The notes under the pieces: model-generated
Database searches by the model: none
What the model saw: only the letters and a program-made list of their open reading frames with translations
What the model was told of the DNA's origin: nothing
Source: an uncultured Clostridium sp.
GTDB taxonomy: Bacteria; Bacillota; Clostridia; TANB77; CAG-508
Assembly: GCA_930986425.1 (NCBI GenBank)
Contig: CAKNJR010000005.1
Span: 27,638-91,637, forward strand
DNA: 64,000 nt
Direction: 5' to 3'
Position numbers and translations under genes: made by a program
Shown here: positions 27,950 through 38,600 of the stretch, piece by piece
How the letters are laid out: every line of letters begins with the position of its first letter
How positions within the stretch are numbered: position 1 is the first letter of the stretch

Positions 27950-28897
27950 TTACTTTAGTTTTATATTCATACTATATGCTAAATTCGAATTTTCTGTACT
28001 TCCTTCTTGTGCAGTTTCTAAATCATTTCCATATAATCTTATTAAATTAAAGTTTAATTCTCTAGGATTTTTGTTATCATCATAATATTTATCAAATAAT
28101 AAGAAGTAATTCATAGTTCTTCCTGGTGCTATTATTAAGTTATCATTTACTACATCTAATGCTGGTCTTGTTTGGTCACCTAAATTTAACGTTATTTCAT
28201 TTGCCGCTGCACCATTTGCTAGTACTATATATCCATCCGTTTTATTGGTTATTTCTACTGCGTATTCCTCTCTATCATAACTCATATTTTTATATAATAC
28301 GTCGATTTTTAAATATTGGTCTTCTCCTGTTAAGTTGCTAAAATTTGTTTTTCCTATATAACCTTGATTTGATATTTTAAGAGTAGCATCTTCTTCGATT
28401 AGTGCTATTTTTTCTCTATGAGTTTGGTATCCTCCTGTTGTTCCTGTTGAAAGAATATCATCTAATATATTTATATCATATATGTATACTCCATCTACAT
28501 TAGAATAATTCTGTATATTATATATTTTTTTAGTTGTAAATAATTCATCTACATACTTTGTAAAATCTTCTAAACTACCACTATATACATATTCTTGACA
28601 ATCTGTTGTAAGCATATTATATGCATTAAGATATTGCTTGTTATTACAATAATTAAAAAATGTATCTATTACTAAATTAACTTCTTCTCTTTCTTCCTCT
28701 GGAACTACTTCGCCTGTATCCATTACTGGTAAGTCTGGTGTATATGTATTAGCAACAATATTTTCTTCTGGTAAATTTTTTAGGTAATTATTTATTATAA
28801 TTATGCCTATCCATATTACTGCAACAATTACAATGTATTTCCAATATTTCTTCCAAAAGTTCCTTAGAGCTAGCAAAATTCTTGTTCCTGGCTTCAT
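27950..28897 (-). CDS. TM-anchored extracytoplasmic protein (T4SS-like locus, last gene)
   Basis: 315 aa with an N-terminal TM (YIVIVAVIWIGIIIINNYL). The motif FFNYCNNKQYLNAYNMLTTDC...SLEDFTKYV is shared with 28968..29537. Confidence 0.5.
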   Translation of the reverse strand: MKPGTRILLALRNFWKKYWKYIVIVAVIWIGIIIINNYLKNLPEENIVANTYTPDLPVMDTGEVVPEEEREEVNLVIDTFFNYCNNKQYLNAYNMLTTDCQEYVYSGSLEDFTKYVDELFTTKKIYNIQNYSNVDGVYIYDINILDDILSTGTTGGYQTHREKIALIEEDATLKISNQGYIGKTNFSNLTGEDQYLKIDVLYKNMSYDREEYAVEITNKTDGYIVLANGAAANEITLNLGDQTRPALDVVNDNLIIAPGRTMNYFLLFDKYYDDNKNPRELNFNLIRLYGNDLETAQEGSTENSNLAYSMNIKLK

Positions 28898-28967
28898 TCC
28901 AACGACTTTCCTTTCTTCTATTTTAATTTCTCTTATTTTACTGTTTGAAATTTTATATTATTATTTT

Positions 28968-29537
28968 TTACTGATTTACAGCAAATGATAATTTAAAATC
29001 ATTTACCTCATTTTCTATTATTACAATTCTTTGCTCTGGAACTTCTGTTTCAGTTGTGTCTGTTAATGGATTCCTTATTTTTACAGTTAATACAAAAATT
29101 GTTCCTTCCCTATCTATATTTGTATATTCTACTACCATGTTACTTGGATAGTTATTTTGAGCATATGTTATAAAATCTTCTAAAGATGGAAAGTATGATT
29201 GCTTAAATCCATCATATAATAGATTATATGCTTCTTCATAATCTTTACTTTCTATAAATGATATATACTGTCCAAAATATGTTTGCATACGTAATTGCTC
29301 GCCAAGTGATGCTATTTTGTTTTCTCTATTTTCTTCGTCTGTTTCTGTTGAGGTTGTTTCATAATTAGTGTTAATTTGTTGATTTGTACTAGTAGTTGTG
29401 TTTGTTGTATTCGTTGTATTTTCTGCTATAACTTGTTCCGGAGAATTATGGTTTATAAAAATAATTATGTTTAATGCAATGAAAAATAGTATTATTATAA
29501 TTAAAATTAAATACGTAATTTTCTTTTTATCATTCAT
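28968..29537 (-). CDS. TM-anchored small protein, paralogue of 27950..28897 (possible NTF2-like/VirB8 analogue)
   Basis: 189 aa with an N-terminal TM and a T/N-rich linker. Contains FIESKDYEEAYNLLYDGFKQSYFPSLEDFITYA. The fold assignment is inference only. Confidence 0.45.
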   Translation of the reverse strand: MNDKKKITYLILIIIILFFIALNIIIFINHNSPEQVIAENTTNTTNTTTSTNQQINTNYETTSTETDEENRENKIASLGEQLRMQTYFGQYISFIESKDYEEAYNLLYDGFKQSYFPSLEDFITYAQNNYPSNMVVEYTNIDREGTIFVLTVKIRNPLTDTTETEVPEQRIVIIENEVNDFKLSFAVNQ

Positions 29538-29542
29538 ATTTT

Positions 29543-30193
29543 TTATTCCTCTTCTTTATCTGCCCCAAACTTTATTTGAGGTGTTGCACTATTGCTATTT
29601 GCTAAGTAAACTTTTAATTTTATATATTCGCCATTTGTGTAATTAAATGTTACATAAAATGTTGTATATCCATCTTCGTCCTCATTATATGAGTCTGTAT
29701 CTATGACATTTTTTGAATTTCTAACTCCGCTAATATGAGTCACTTTAAGTAGTTGAATAGAAATATTTAAAAAGTCTTCTGATGAATAAATATTCATGTC
29801 ATTTATTTCTTCAGTATTTAAATCATATAATTGTAATATTTTATTTATACTCATTCTATTTATTAGATTATAAATTTCATTTACATCTGTATTTACAAAA
29901 TTATAGAATTCTTCTAACAATCGATTTAAATTTTCTTCATTTGAATATCTCTCTATTATGTAACTTATATTTCGCAGTGATATTATATTTCTTCTTTGCT
30001 CATTGCTGGTTTCTGTACCTATGCTGTTGTCATTTATATTTACATTTTGCTCATTATTTTGATTAATAGTATTTTCCTCATTTACTATTGAATTTTGTAC
30101 TTCATTATTTGAATTCATAATATTATAATAAGCAAGTTGTCCAACTAATAATATAATCAAAATAATAATTATTACTATTAAAAATTTTTTCAT
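29543..30193 (-). CDS. TM-anchored small protein (T4SS-like locus)
   Basis: 216 aa with an N-terminal TM (FLIVIIIILIILLVGQLAYY) and an N-rich linker. It sits 5 nt upstream of the next gene. Confidence 0.45.
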   Translation of the reverse strand: MKKFLIVIIIILIILLVGQLAYYNIMNSNNEVQNSIVNEENTINQNNEQNVNINDNSIGTETSNEQRRNIISLRNISYIIERYSNEENLNRLLEEFYNFVNTDVNEIYNLINRMSINKILQLYDLNTEEINDMNIYSSEDFLNISIQLLKVTHISGVRNSKNVIDTDSYNEDEDGYTTFYVTFNYTNGEYIKLKVYLANSNSATPQIKFGADKEEE

Positions 30194-30241
30194 CTATTTT
30201 CCCCTCAATTAACAGTTTTAATGTTGATAATTGATAATTAT

Positions 30242-32992
30242 TTATTCTTCTTCCTCTACGCCTTCTGTTAAGGATTCAAAAATACCTAATCTTGTACCTT
30301 TGTAAGTTGGATACATGTATGTTTCAATGTCATCTACAATTGTTTTATCCATATTATATAGTAATATATGCATTTCTTGGTCTGTTGCTGTGCCTATTGA
30401 TGAACCCGCTGTAACTTCTTGTCCTGCTGAAACAGATGGCGTTATTCCACTTATTGTCATTTCCATATCTAGTACAATATCTCTTTCTACATCAAAGTAA
30501 TCTGTTCCGAATTTATCTTGAAGTGCTTGTGCATTTCCATCTGATATTGTTTTGAATTTTAGTCTAACCGTATCTCCATCTACGCTTACGACAGTAGCAT
30601 CTCCTGGAGCTATAATATTATCTCCACTTTGCACTGCTGTACCATTTTCTAAAAATATTCCATATTGATTTTGTTTTTTTACTATACCTTGCGTAGCAAT
30701 TTCAGCTTCGTCATCACTTTCTTCAGTATCACTACCTACTCTTTCTACTGGCCATAGAAGTACTTGTGTAAGTGGCTTCATAAAGTCCTCTTTAGTAAAA
30801 TAGCCTAATTGTATTACTAATTCCTTTAACATTCTATATACTGTTTCTGCTTCAATAGAATGAACATTCTCTAATATTCCGAAAGCTGTGATTGCGTCTT
30901 GTTTATTTTCATTTCCATTTTCATCTGTTGTTACAAATGTTACTGATTGTTTTGCAATAGCCCAATCACTGTTGTCAGTTGATACAACTGGATAATTATC
31001 TCCCTGATAGTAATATGTATCTTTTCCTTCATCAATTGCTTTGGCATTTACAATTCTTTGTGCTGTTGCTCTTGTTCCATCAAATCTATAATATTGTCCT
31101 GGGAAATTATATGTAGCTCCTCCATAAGTACTTCCGCTTCCACCCTTGAATAATGCAATTATTGCCGGGTTTGGTCCAGTGGCTTCTGGCTCTGCTAATT
31201 GATAAAATACTCCATCTGCATTTGTATATGTTGTATCAAGTATTATGCTTCCTCCATTTAAGTTTTTCTCAGATAGTGGGTCATCTTCATCTTCTGTTGC
31301 ATATTGAACTTTTTTCTTTGCTCTTCCTGCTGTTCCATAATCATAATATATGTCATTAAAGTACCAATGCCTTATTACACTTTCTATTCTTGGTAAATAG
31401 GTCTTTCCTGGTTCTGTTCCATCTTTAATTAGATTCTTTAATTCTTCTAATTGCTGTACTGTTATTCCAGAAAGAGAAGTTCCATCTAATGCTGTTTGAG
31501 CTGCTGCTACTTCATCTGCGTTGTCCATATCAACTGCTGCTAAATATTTGTCAATAACACTATCTACTGGATCTCCTTTAACTTGTCCTGTTTGTTGTCC
31601 GCTTATAGGATCCCATACAGGTGTATAAGTTTCCATTTTAACATTCACTGTACTATATTTTTGTCCTAATATTTTCTCTTCAACTTCGCTCAAATTAAAT
31701 CCTAATCTTAATTCATCTGCTCCATAATTTTCTATTGTTTTATCTGCTATTATTGACCCCTCTGTTGCATTTATTCGATCTACTGGTGTAGCATCATTTA
31801 TTGAATTAACAATCTTTTCAAATGCTTCTTCTAGTTTTCCAGCAGTTTCAAATCTGCTTATTTGTTCATCCGTCATATTACACATAACTCTTAAGTATAT
31901 ATTTTGTATATCTGTTTGAGATATTTCTGTTCCATCACTTTTTCTATAAATTACTTTAAATGTTGATGTAACTTCCTGTAATTGTATATTAACTTTAGTA
32001 TTAAATGCTGGGCTCGTTGCTAAATCATATGTTAAATCTGGCATCATTGTTGCTAAATGTAATGATAAAAATAGTTCTAGTGGTTTACCATATATTGATG
32101 TCCAGTCTGATAAATCAAAGTACAATACATCACCATATCCAAATGATAAATCATTCGAAAGACCAAACCTTTTTGTTTGTATTCTTAATAATTTTCTTTC
32201 TCTATCTACTTTAACTTGTGGTCCATATCCTCCTAGGTCAACCAAATTAACAATATCTATCATTCCTTCCGAATACATTCTTGCAGTTGTTTCATCAATA
32301 TTATTGGGGTCTCCAAAAATTGCTTCCACTCCATTCTTTATGTCATTAGTTAAACTATTCCATGCTCCTAATAAATTCCAAGAAGATAGTACATACATTG
32401 CTTCACTTTGCGCAATATATGCTTGTAAATAATTTCTTGATGAATCTATTTTGGATATTCCTATTATTTTATTATTTGTAACTCCATCTATATCTTCTGC
32501 AACAGCTGTATCATTATCATACTCATATTCTGCATCAGCAAATCCATAGCCGACTACATCATATCCCATATCCTCTATTTTTTGTGCTAATGCTATTTGG
32601 TCTTCTTCTGTTACACTTGTTGTTACTCCTTCTCCATTAAAGAAATTAACAATTGAACCCCAAAGTGTAGTTCCAAATTCTTTTATGCTTTCTATAAAAG
32701 TTCCAGGTAGTGACATAAAAAATCCTATAAAACCAATTACTAGAACTATAATTAGTATTACTAAAGCTACTGTTCCTAATGCTGGCAATTTTGTGATAAT
32801 TGCTTTAATCGCTTTAATTTTACTATTTCCTGCCGCTTTTTTTACATTACTTGCTGCATTTTTCACATTGTTTGCTGCATTTTTAGCTTGTTGTGCTCTT
32901 TGAGCTACACCTCCACCATTTTTATTTTGCTTATCTTCTGCATTTTGCTCTCCCATAGTAGTTACATTACTATTGTTATCTTCTGGTTCCAT
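30242..32992 (-). CDS. Large bitopic protein with C-terminal LytM/M23-like (apparently degenerate) domain
   Basis: 916 aa. K/A/N-rich N-terminus, one TM (LPALGTVALVILIIVLVIGFIGFFMSL) and a roughly 750-aa ectodomain. The C-terminus IIAPGDATVVSVDGDTVRLKF...VSAGQEVTAGSSIGTATDQEMHILLY follows the M23 strand pattern. I find no HxxxD or HxH metal ligands. Confidence 0.5.
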   Translation of the reverse strand: MEPEDNNSNVTTMGEQNAEDKQNKNGGGVAQRAQQAKNAANNVKNAASNVKKAAGNSKIKAIKAIITKLPALGTVALVILIIVLVIGFIGFFMSLPGTFIESIKEFGTTLWGSIVNFFNGEGVTTSVTEEDQIALAQKIEDMGYDVVGYGFADAEYEYDNDTAVAEDIDGVTNNKIIGISKIDSSRNYLQAYIAQSEAMYVLSSWNLLGAWNSLTNDIKNGVEAIFGDPNNIDETTARMYSEGMIDIVNLVDLGGYGPQVKVDRERKLLRIQTKRFGLSNDLSFGYGDVLYFDLSDWTSIYGKPLELFLSLHLATMMPDLTYDLATSPAFNTKVNIQLQEVTSTFKVIYRKSDGTEISQTDIQNIYLRVMCNMTDEQISRFETAGKLEEAFEKIVNSINDATPVDRINATEGSIIADKTIENYGADELRLGFNLSEVEEKILGQKYSTVNVKMETYTPVWDPISGQQTGQVKGDPVDSVIDKYLAAVDMDNADEVAAAQTALDGTSLSGITVQQLEELKNLIKDGTEPGKTYLPRIESVIRHWYFNDIYYDYGTAGRAKKKVQYATEDEDDPLSEKNLNGGSIILDTTYTNADGVFYQLAEPEATGPNPAIIALFKGGSGSTYGGATYNFPGQYYRFDGTRATAQRIVNAKAIDEGKDTYYYQGDNYPVVSTDNSDWAIAKQSVTFVTTDENGNENKQDAITAFGILENVHSIEAETVYRMLKELVIQLGYFTKEDFMKPLTQVLLWPVERVGSDTEESDDEAEIATQGIVKKQNQYGIFLENGTAVQSGDNIIAPGDATVVSVDGDTVRLKFKTISDGNAQALQDKFGTDYFDVERDIVLDMEMTISGITPSVSAGQEVTAGSSIGTATDQEMHILLYNMDKTIVDDIETYMYPTYKGTRLGIFESLTEGVEEEE

Positions 32993-33069
32993 TTTTTATA
33001 TCACCTCCTAATTTGTTTTTAAAAGCTTATTTCTAGCTTTTATTATTTTTAATTTTCTTGCCTATGTCT

Positions 33070-35667
33070 TTAATGTGTAAATCTATTATTGAATTTTCTT
33101 CTTATATTTCCTGTAAATCTTCTTACTGCGGATATTTCACTTATATTGCCTCTTTGTACTCCAGCTACATTTTGCTCTACTTGTGTTATTGCATCATCTG
33201 CTGAAAGTCCAGAGTCTATATATCTATCTTGCTCAGCACGTATTAAATTATAATAGTCTTCTTCATATGGTTGATATTGCTCTGAGCCATCTAATAATGC
33301 TTTTGTGTGGTCCCTTATCCATGCATCATCTCTTCCTTGATATGTTTGGCCCGCTATATCTTTATAGTCTTTAGCAAATTTTCTTAAATTTGAATTTTCT
33401 TCCATTCTTGATATAACACCATTTGAAATATTCATACCTGTATTATATCCTGATATAGCATTTTCCACTCTTCCTGTTGCTAAACCTGCCGCTCCAAGCA
33501 TAATCGCTAGTGGTAATTTTCCCGCTTGTTTAAATCCGAATTTGGCTACGCCACCAATTGTCCTAAGTATTGGATTACCTCCTCCGCTTCTATTACTTCC
33601 ACTATTTGCTCCGGTTGTATTTGCTGATGCTGTCGCTGTTTGTGTCGCAGGATTTGTCATTCCTCCAGCTCCTGTAGCCGCCCCGGCAGTATTGGCTGCT
33701 CCTCCTATTCCGCCTGTTCCTGCTGCTGCATTTGCTGCTGCGGCTATTCCATTTGCTGGTGCTCCACCTGGCGCTGTTGGATTTGTAGTAGCTGGTTTTT
33801 GATTTGTCTTTGGATTACCTCTACTTGCATATCCCTTAACCTTAGCTCCAGATGATGCTGCTTTGGATACAGCACCAATTGCTGATGTAACCAATGCTGC
33901 TTGTGCAACTGTTTTTGCTACACTCTTTCCTTGGAAGTGGAATATCTCTTTTATAATATCCTCTGCTTCAAACATGAAAAATACCATAATTATTGCTACA
34001 ACAACAGTAGATATGTCATCTGCACTCATCGAAGTTATTGCTGTTTGTACCAATGCTAGATATGTTACACATTGAAATGGCTGAAGTAATATATTATATA
34101 CAAAGTTCTTAAACCAAGTATTTAGTGCTTGTGATTTTCCATCTCCCATTCTATCTATTGAATAAGTTACAGTTATTAATGGCGATATCATAATCAAAAA
34201 TGCTATTGTAACCATACGTTTTACATATGTACAGAAAAATATAAATGTCATTACGGCTAACATTACATATATAACCATATTTGCTAGCTGTGATGTGAAA
34301 GATAATATATCTGAAAAAGACATAGCATTATCATATGCTTCTTCCATAACTGTTGCACCATTTGTTGAACCATTTCTTGCTATTTTTAATACCTCTACTA
34401 ATCCATCATTTATATTTATAATAAATATCATTATATAGTGTAAAACGAATAGTAAAACAATACTAACTACCCAGTCTGTTAACATTCTTTTATATCTTGC
34501 TTTTTCTTCTGCAACAGAAGATATAGCCATTCTTATTCCTATATAAAGTGCCATTATTGCTAATATAACTGCTGCTATATTTCTTATTGCTACATACCAA
34601 ATTGATACTTGCTCTCTTATTAGATTAACTGTATCTGCATTTACACCTGTGACTGTTTCGAAAAAATTAATTCCAAGTATTGGCACTTCGTTGAATAATA
34701 TTTGGTCTAATGATAAGCCTGACATTACACTATCAGAGCCATTAACTGCTAGACCAATAATAGACATCAAAACTCTTGCACCCATCATCGGTAATAATTT
34801 TACGAAATAGAAAAATATACCTACAATACCATTTAGAAATGATGCTAATGCTCCACCTACACCTGCTACAATTCCTGCTACTCCTCCGCCACTATCGTTT
34901 CCATTAAGTTCTGTGTTAATATCTGCAGATTCTACTATTCCGTCCTCTACTCCTTGCAATGATGGAAACTCATCTCCAATCACTGCTAAAGCTTCCCTTA
35001 AAGCTTCTTCGCATCTCTGAACCTCATCTGTTGTTGTACTTGCATTATATGCTTCAGCATAAGCTCTTCTTATTTTATCTCCATATTTTTCAACTGCTGA
35101 CCTTGCTGTCTGTTCAGCAGTCCCTGCTCCCATTCCTGCATTGCTCATAAGATAATTAGTAAATACATCTATTAGGTAATCATCTGTTAATTCTAATGGA
35201 CTATCAGTTTCTACAGGTTCATCTTCATCTGGTTCATCTTCAGCCGGAGGTTGTTCTTCGGTACCATTAACAACTTCTTCTACATTTGCTAGTCCTACCA
35301 TTGTGTCGATTCCAGATACGTATACCGTTGATAATCCTGGTACACTTTCTAATGCTTGTTTCAATGAATCTTCACATTTTTTTACTTCATCTGTTTCTGA
35401 GCTATTTGCATATAAATCGTTATATTCAGCTACAATCCAGTCTCCATATGTATAAACCATATTTTCTGCTACTGACTCTGCTGTATCACCTGGTAATAGG
35501 CTTCCTCCATTTCTCGCAAAATCCTCGCTGCTAATATAACTCTCAAATAATTGTTGTAGGAAATTCGTATCTACTGTTAAAGTATTAGCTGCCCTAACAA
35601 AATTTGTTATTATTATAAGTATAATAATTGGCATTATTATTTTTTTTAATAATTTTTTAGCCTTCAT
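33070..35667 (-). CDS. VirB6/TrbL-like polytopic membrane protein, paralogue 1 (duplicated N-terminal ectodomain, G/A/T/N-rich tail)
   Basis: 865 aa with a signal/anchor. Two roughly 90-aa repeats (..DEVKKCEDSLKQALESV.. and ..DEVQRCEEALREALAVI..). Core motifs VPILGINFFE, VSIWYVAIRNIAAV, LYIGIRMAISS, KARYKRML and GDGKSQALNTWFKNF with at least 6 TM helices. Low-complexity tail PGGAPANGIAAAANAAAGTGGIGGAANTAGAATGAGG. Confidence 0.65.
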   Translation of the reverse strand: MKAKKLLKKIIMPIIILIIITNFVRAANTLTVDTNFLQQLFESYISSEDFARNGGSLLPGDTAESVAENMVYTYGDWIVAEYNDLYANSSETDEVKKCEDSLKQALESVPGLSTVYVSGIDTMVGLANVEEVVNGTEEQPPAEDEPDEDEPVETDSPLELTDDYLIDVFTNYLMSNAGMGAGTAEQTARSAVEKYGDKIRRAYAEAYNASTTTDEVQRCEEALREALAVIGDEFPSLQGVEDGIVESADINTELNGNDSGGGVAGIVAGVGGALASFLNGIVGIFFYFVKLLPMMGARVLMSIIGLAVNGSDSVMSGLSLDQILFNEVPILGINFFETVTGVNADTVNLIREQVSIWYVAIRNIAAVILAIMALYIGIRMAISSVAEEKARYKRMLTDWVVSIVLLFVLHYIMIFIININDGLVEVLKIARNGSTNGATVMEEAYDNAMSFSDILSFTSQLANMVIYVMLAVMTFIFFCTYVKRMVTIAFLIMISPLITVTYSIDRMGDGKSQALNTWFKNFVYNILLQPFQCVTYLALVQTAITSMSADDISTVVVAIIMVFFMFEAEDIIKEIFHFQGKSVAKTVAQAALVTSAIGAVSKAASSGAKVKGYASRGNPKTNQKPATTNPTAPGGAPANGIAAAANAAAGTGGIGGAANTAGAATGAGGMTNPATQTATASANTTGANSGSNRSGGGNPILRTIGGVAKFGFKQAGKLPLAIMLGAAGLATGRVENAISGYNTGMNISNGVISRMEENSNLRKFAKDYKDIAGQTYQGRDDAWIRDHTKALLDGSEQYQPYEEDYYNLIRAEQDRYIDSGLSADDAITQVEQNVAGVQRGNISEISAVRRFTGNIRRKFNNRFTH

Positions 35668-35680
35668 GTTTCACCCCTTT

Positions 35681-38600
35681 TTATAGTCCTTCCATAAACT
35701 TATTTGCGCCTCTGTATTTAGTTTTTGCCTTACCTTCAAAATCTTTTATGTCTTTATCTAGCTTAAATAAGTCTTTTGTTAAGTCTTGATATCCTTTGTC
35801 TTCTATTACAGCTTCTGTTGCACTTTCTTGTATAATTTTTACTATATCTGATTTAGTATATGTTGTTGTGCTTTCATCTTTTGTATCATTTTCATTATTA
35901 GAATTATCTGAAGGAGAATCTGCATATCCAAATTTGGATTCGTTTCTTCTTGAATCGTTTTCTGATTTTGTTTTTTCTCCATCATATCCATATTTTGAGT
36001 CATTATTTGTATCTACTGTCTGAGCATCGATGCCTTCATTTCCTTCGCTTCTTTCTTCTGCCTCTTTCTTATTTCGTAAAAATACAACTTTTGTTCTTGC
36101 CTTTTCTGATAATATACTTCTTAAAGAATCATTTTTTGTAATTTTTACTCCAATTGCCTGAGATATTGCATCTATTATATCATTTATTGAATAATTATCA
36201 ATAGTTGTTATGTTATTTTCTTTTATATAGTCATCTATTAATTCTTCTAGTTTGCTCTCACTTACTTCTTCTAATACAATACTTGCATCTGCCTTAAATG
36301 AATTAAACTTGTTTTCATCAAGTTTTTTCATTGCTTCTGCCTTTTCCTCTATGCTTGTCTCTTTACTGTTAATCTTATCTAATAAATCTGCTGCACTGTA
36401 TTGTTTGTCTCTCTTCTTTGTGTATTTTTCTGCTTTATAATTCATATCTGATTGTTTTATTATAATTCCATCTTTTTGTGCTTTATAGTGTTTCTTTCCC
36501 CTTGTTTTCTTTAATGTATTTAAGCCAGTTGTAAACATTGTTAATCCAGCTACTGGGTTTACCACTGCCATAGGTGCTGCAAGTAATGTACTTATAGAAC
36601 CAGTTGCTGCTTTCTTAATGAAATCAACGTTCGACTTAAATCTTTTCTTTCTGTTTTTAGAAATACTATTTTTAATCTGTCTAGCCTTTACACCAACAAC
36701 TCCTTTTTCTCTAGAAAGTCTACGTAATTGTGCTTGTCTTTGAACAGCTGTTAATGCTTGATTTCTCCATGTCCTTGGAGAGTTACCCTGGTTATTACCA
36801 CCTTGATTATTTTGCATATTTCTTGCTACATTTTCTATACGCGTGTCAACCGCATTTAGTGCACTATTAACTCTACTACCAACATTTTCACTTGCATTTG
36901 GAAATGTTCTCCCCAAATATCTTGTAAATCTTCTTCCTGTTCTAACAGCTCCTGTACCAAGTCCTTTTGCAAATCCAAACGTTGTTTTCGCCATACTTCC
37001 TACGAACATGGCACCAGCAAAATTTTGCATAACTTCTTTACGGCTTTCTTTTCTAGCTGCTTCTTCTGCCAAATCTGATTTACTTTCAAAGTTGAATATA
37101 CTTCTAAATATATCATCTGCATCTAGCATAAAATTCATAAATACTAATGCAATTATATATCCCACAAGTGATGAAAAAGCAAAATTAATTGCTGCAGTCA
37201 TTAATACAGTATATACTATTGCATGAACAGTTTGAAGTAATACATTTAACGTGAAATCATATAACCAACTACTAAATGATGAACCTTTTTTACCTCTAGC
37301 GCTATCTATTGCATATTTTGCTCCTATAAATGGAGCAATTATTACAAGAATTAATATTGTGAAAGCTCTTTTGATGTAAACCCATAGGAATTTTACCCAT
37401 ATTACTACAAGTGCTATGTACATTATAGTTCCAGCCAAACCTACGCTTAAACGTAAATCATATGCTCTTGTTCTAATGGTTTCATAAATTGAATCTTCTA
37501 TCCACCCATTAGAAGTCATCATGTCTTGTGATGCCTTTTCTAGTAATGCCACTAAACTATTATTAGTATTTATTATTAATATCATTATAAAGTGTACAAC
37601 TAAAACAATTACTAGTGCTTGTACCCATCCAATCATCATAGTTTTGTATTTTGCTTTATCATTTGGTATTGTTGATAAAGCCATTCTTATTCCTATATAT
37701 ATAATTATTATGGCTAATGCAATTATTACTAAGTTTCTGAATGATGTATACCAAACTGATACAGTAGTTCTAATCACACCTACTGCACTTCCTTCAGAAA
37801 CAGGTTGTCCACCAGCAGTATCTGAAAAGAAATTTATATCTAAAATTGGAATTCTATTAAATATTATATCTTCTATTGTATATAAAGGTTCTTGATATTT
37901 ATCTTCGTCACTTCCTCCTGCTATTTCTATTCCTAAAAATAGTTTGCCAAAGAAGTTTGCAGTGTCATCAACAACTTGTCCACCATTGCCTACACTATCA
38001 TTAAAGTTATGGTTAGTATTGCTATAATCTTTTACTTCTCCTCCTTGGTTAGATACAGTATTTTTAGTTTGTTCAACAATACTACTATCTATTGGACCTT
38101 CTCCTTTTGCATCAGCTCCGTCTTCTGCTAAGAATATAGCCCCTGAATAACTGCTTAATACTGAGTTAGGATATGAATTATCCATTTCCGAGAAAAAAGT
38201 ACCACTTGCTTCAAAAGAAAATGAACCTTTATTTAAAAAGTCATAGCCCATTGAACCATCACCATTTGCTGGAGCCCATAGTGCTATTCCTGCCACCGAA
38301 TGACTTCCTGTTTGTGTGTACATTGAGGCAACTCTTCCGCCCATACTATGTCCGACAAGGCCTATTTTACTACTATCTATATCATATCTACTTGACATAT
38401 TTGAAATAGCTGAGTTCACATATTCATACATATTTGATAGTGTATATGCTGATTCTGCTGCTGTACTATCTCCACAACCAGGGAAGTCAATTGTTACAGC
38501 TGCTATTCCATGTTGAGCCAAAATGTTTCCTAATCTTATAAAATGGTCATCATCATTTCTTCTATTTCCAGTATATCCATGACACATAACTACTAATGGC

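Noticed and set aside
33540-33860. Local GC spike with plus-strand ORFs 33542..33802 and 33640..33855, considered as foreign DNA or a hidden gene.
   Set aside because: The spike is explained by the Gly/Ala/Thr/Pro-rich low-complexity tail of the minus-strand VirB6-like protein, whose frame is continuous. The plus-strand ORFs are its antisense images.
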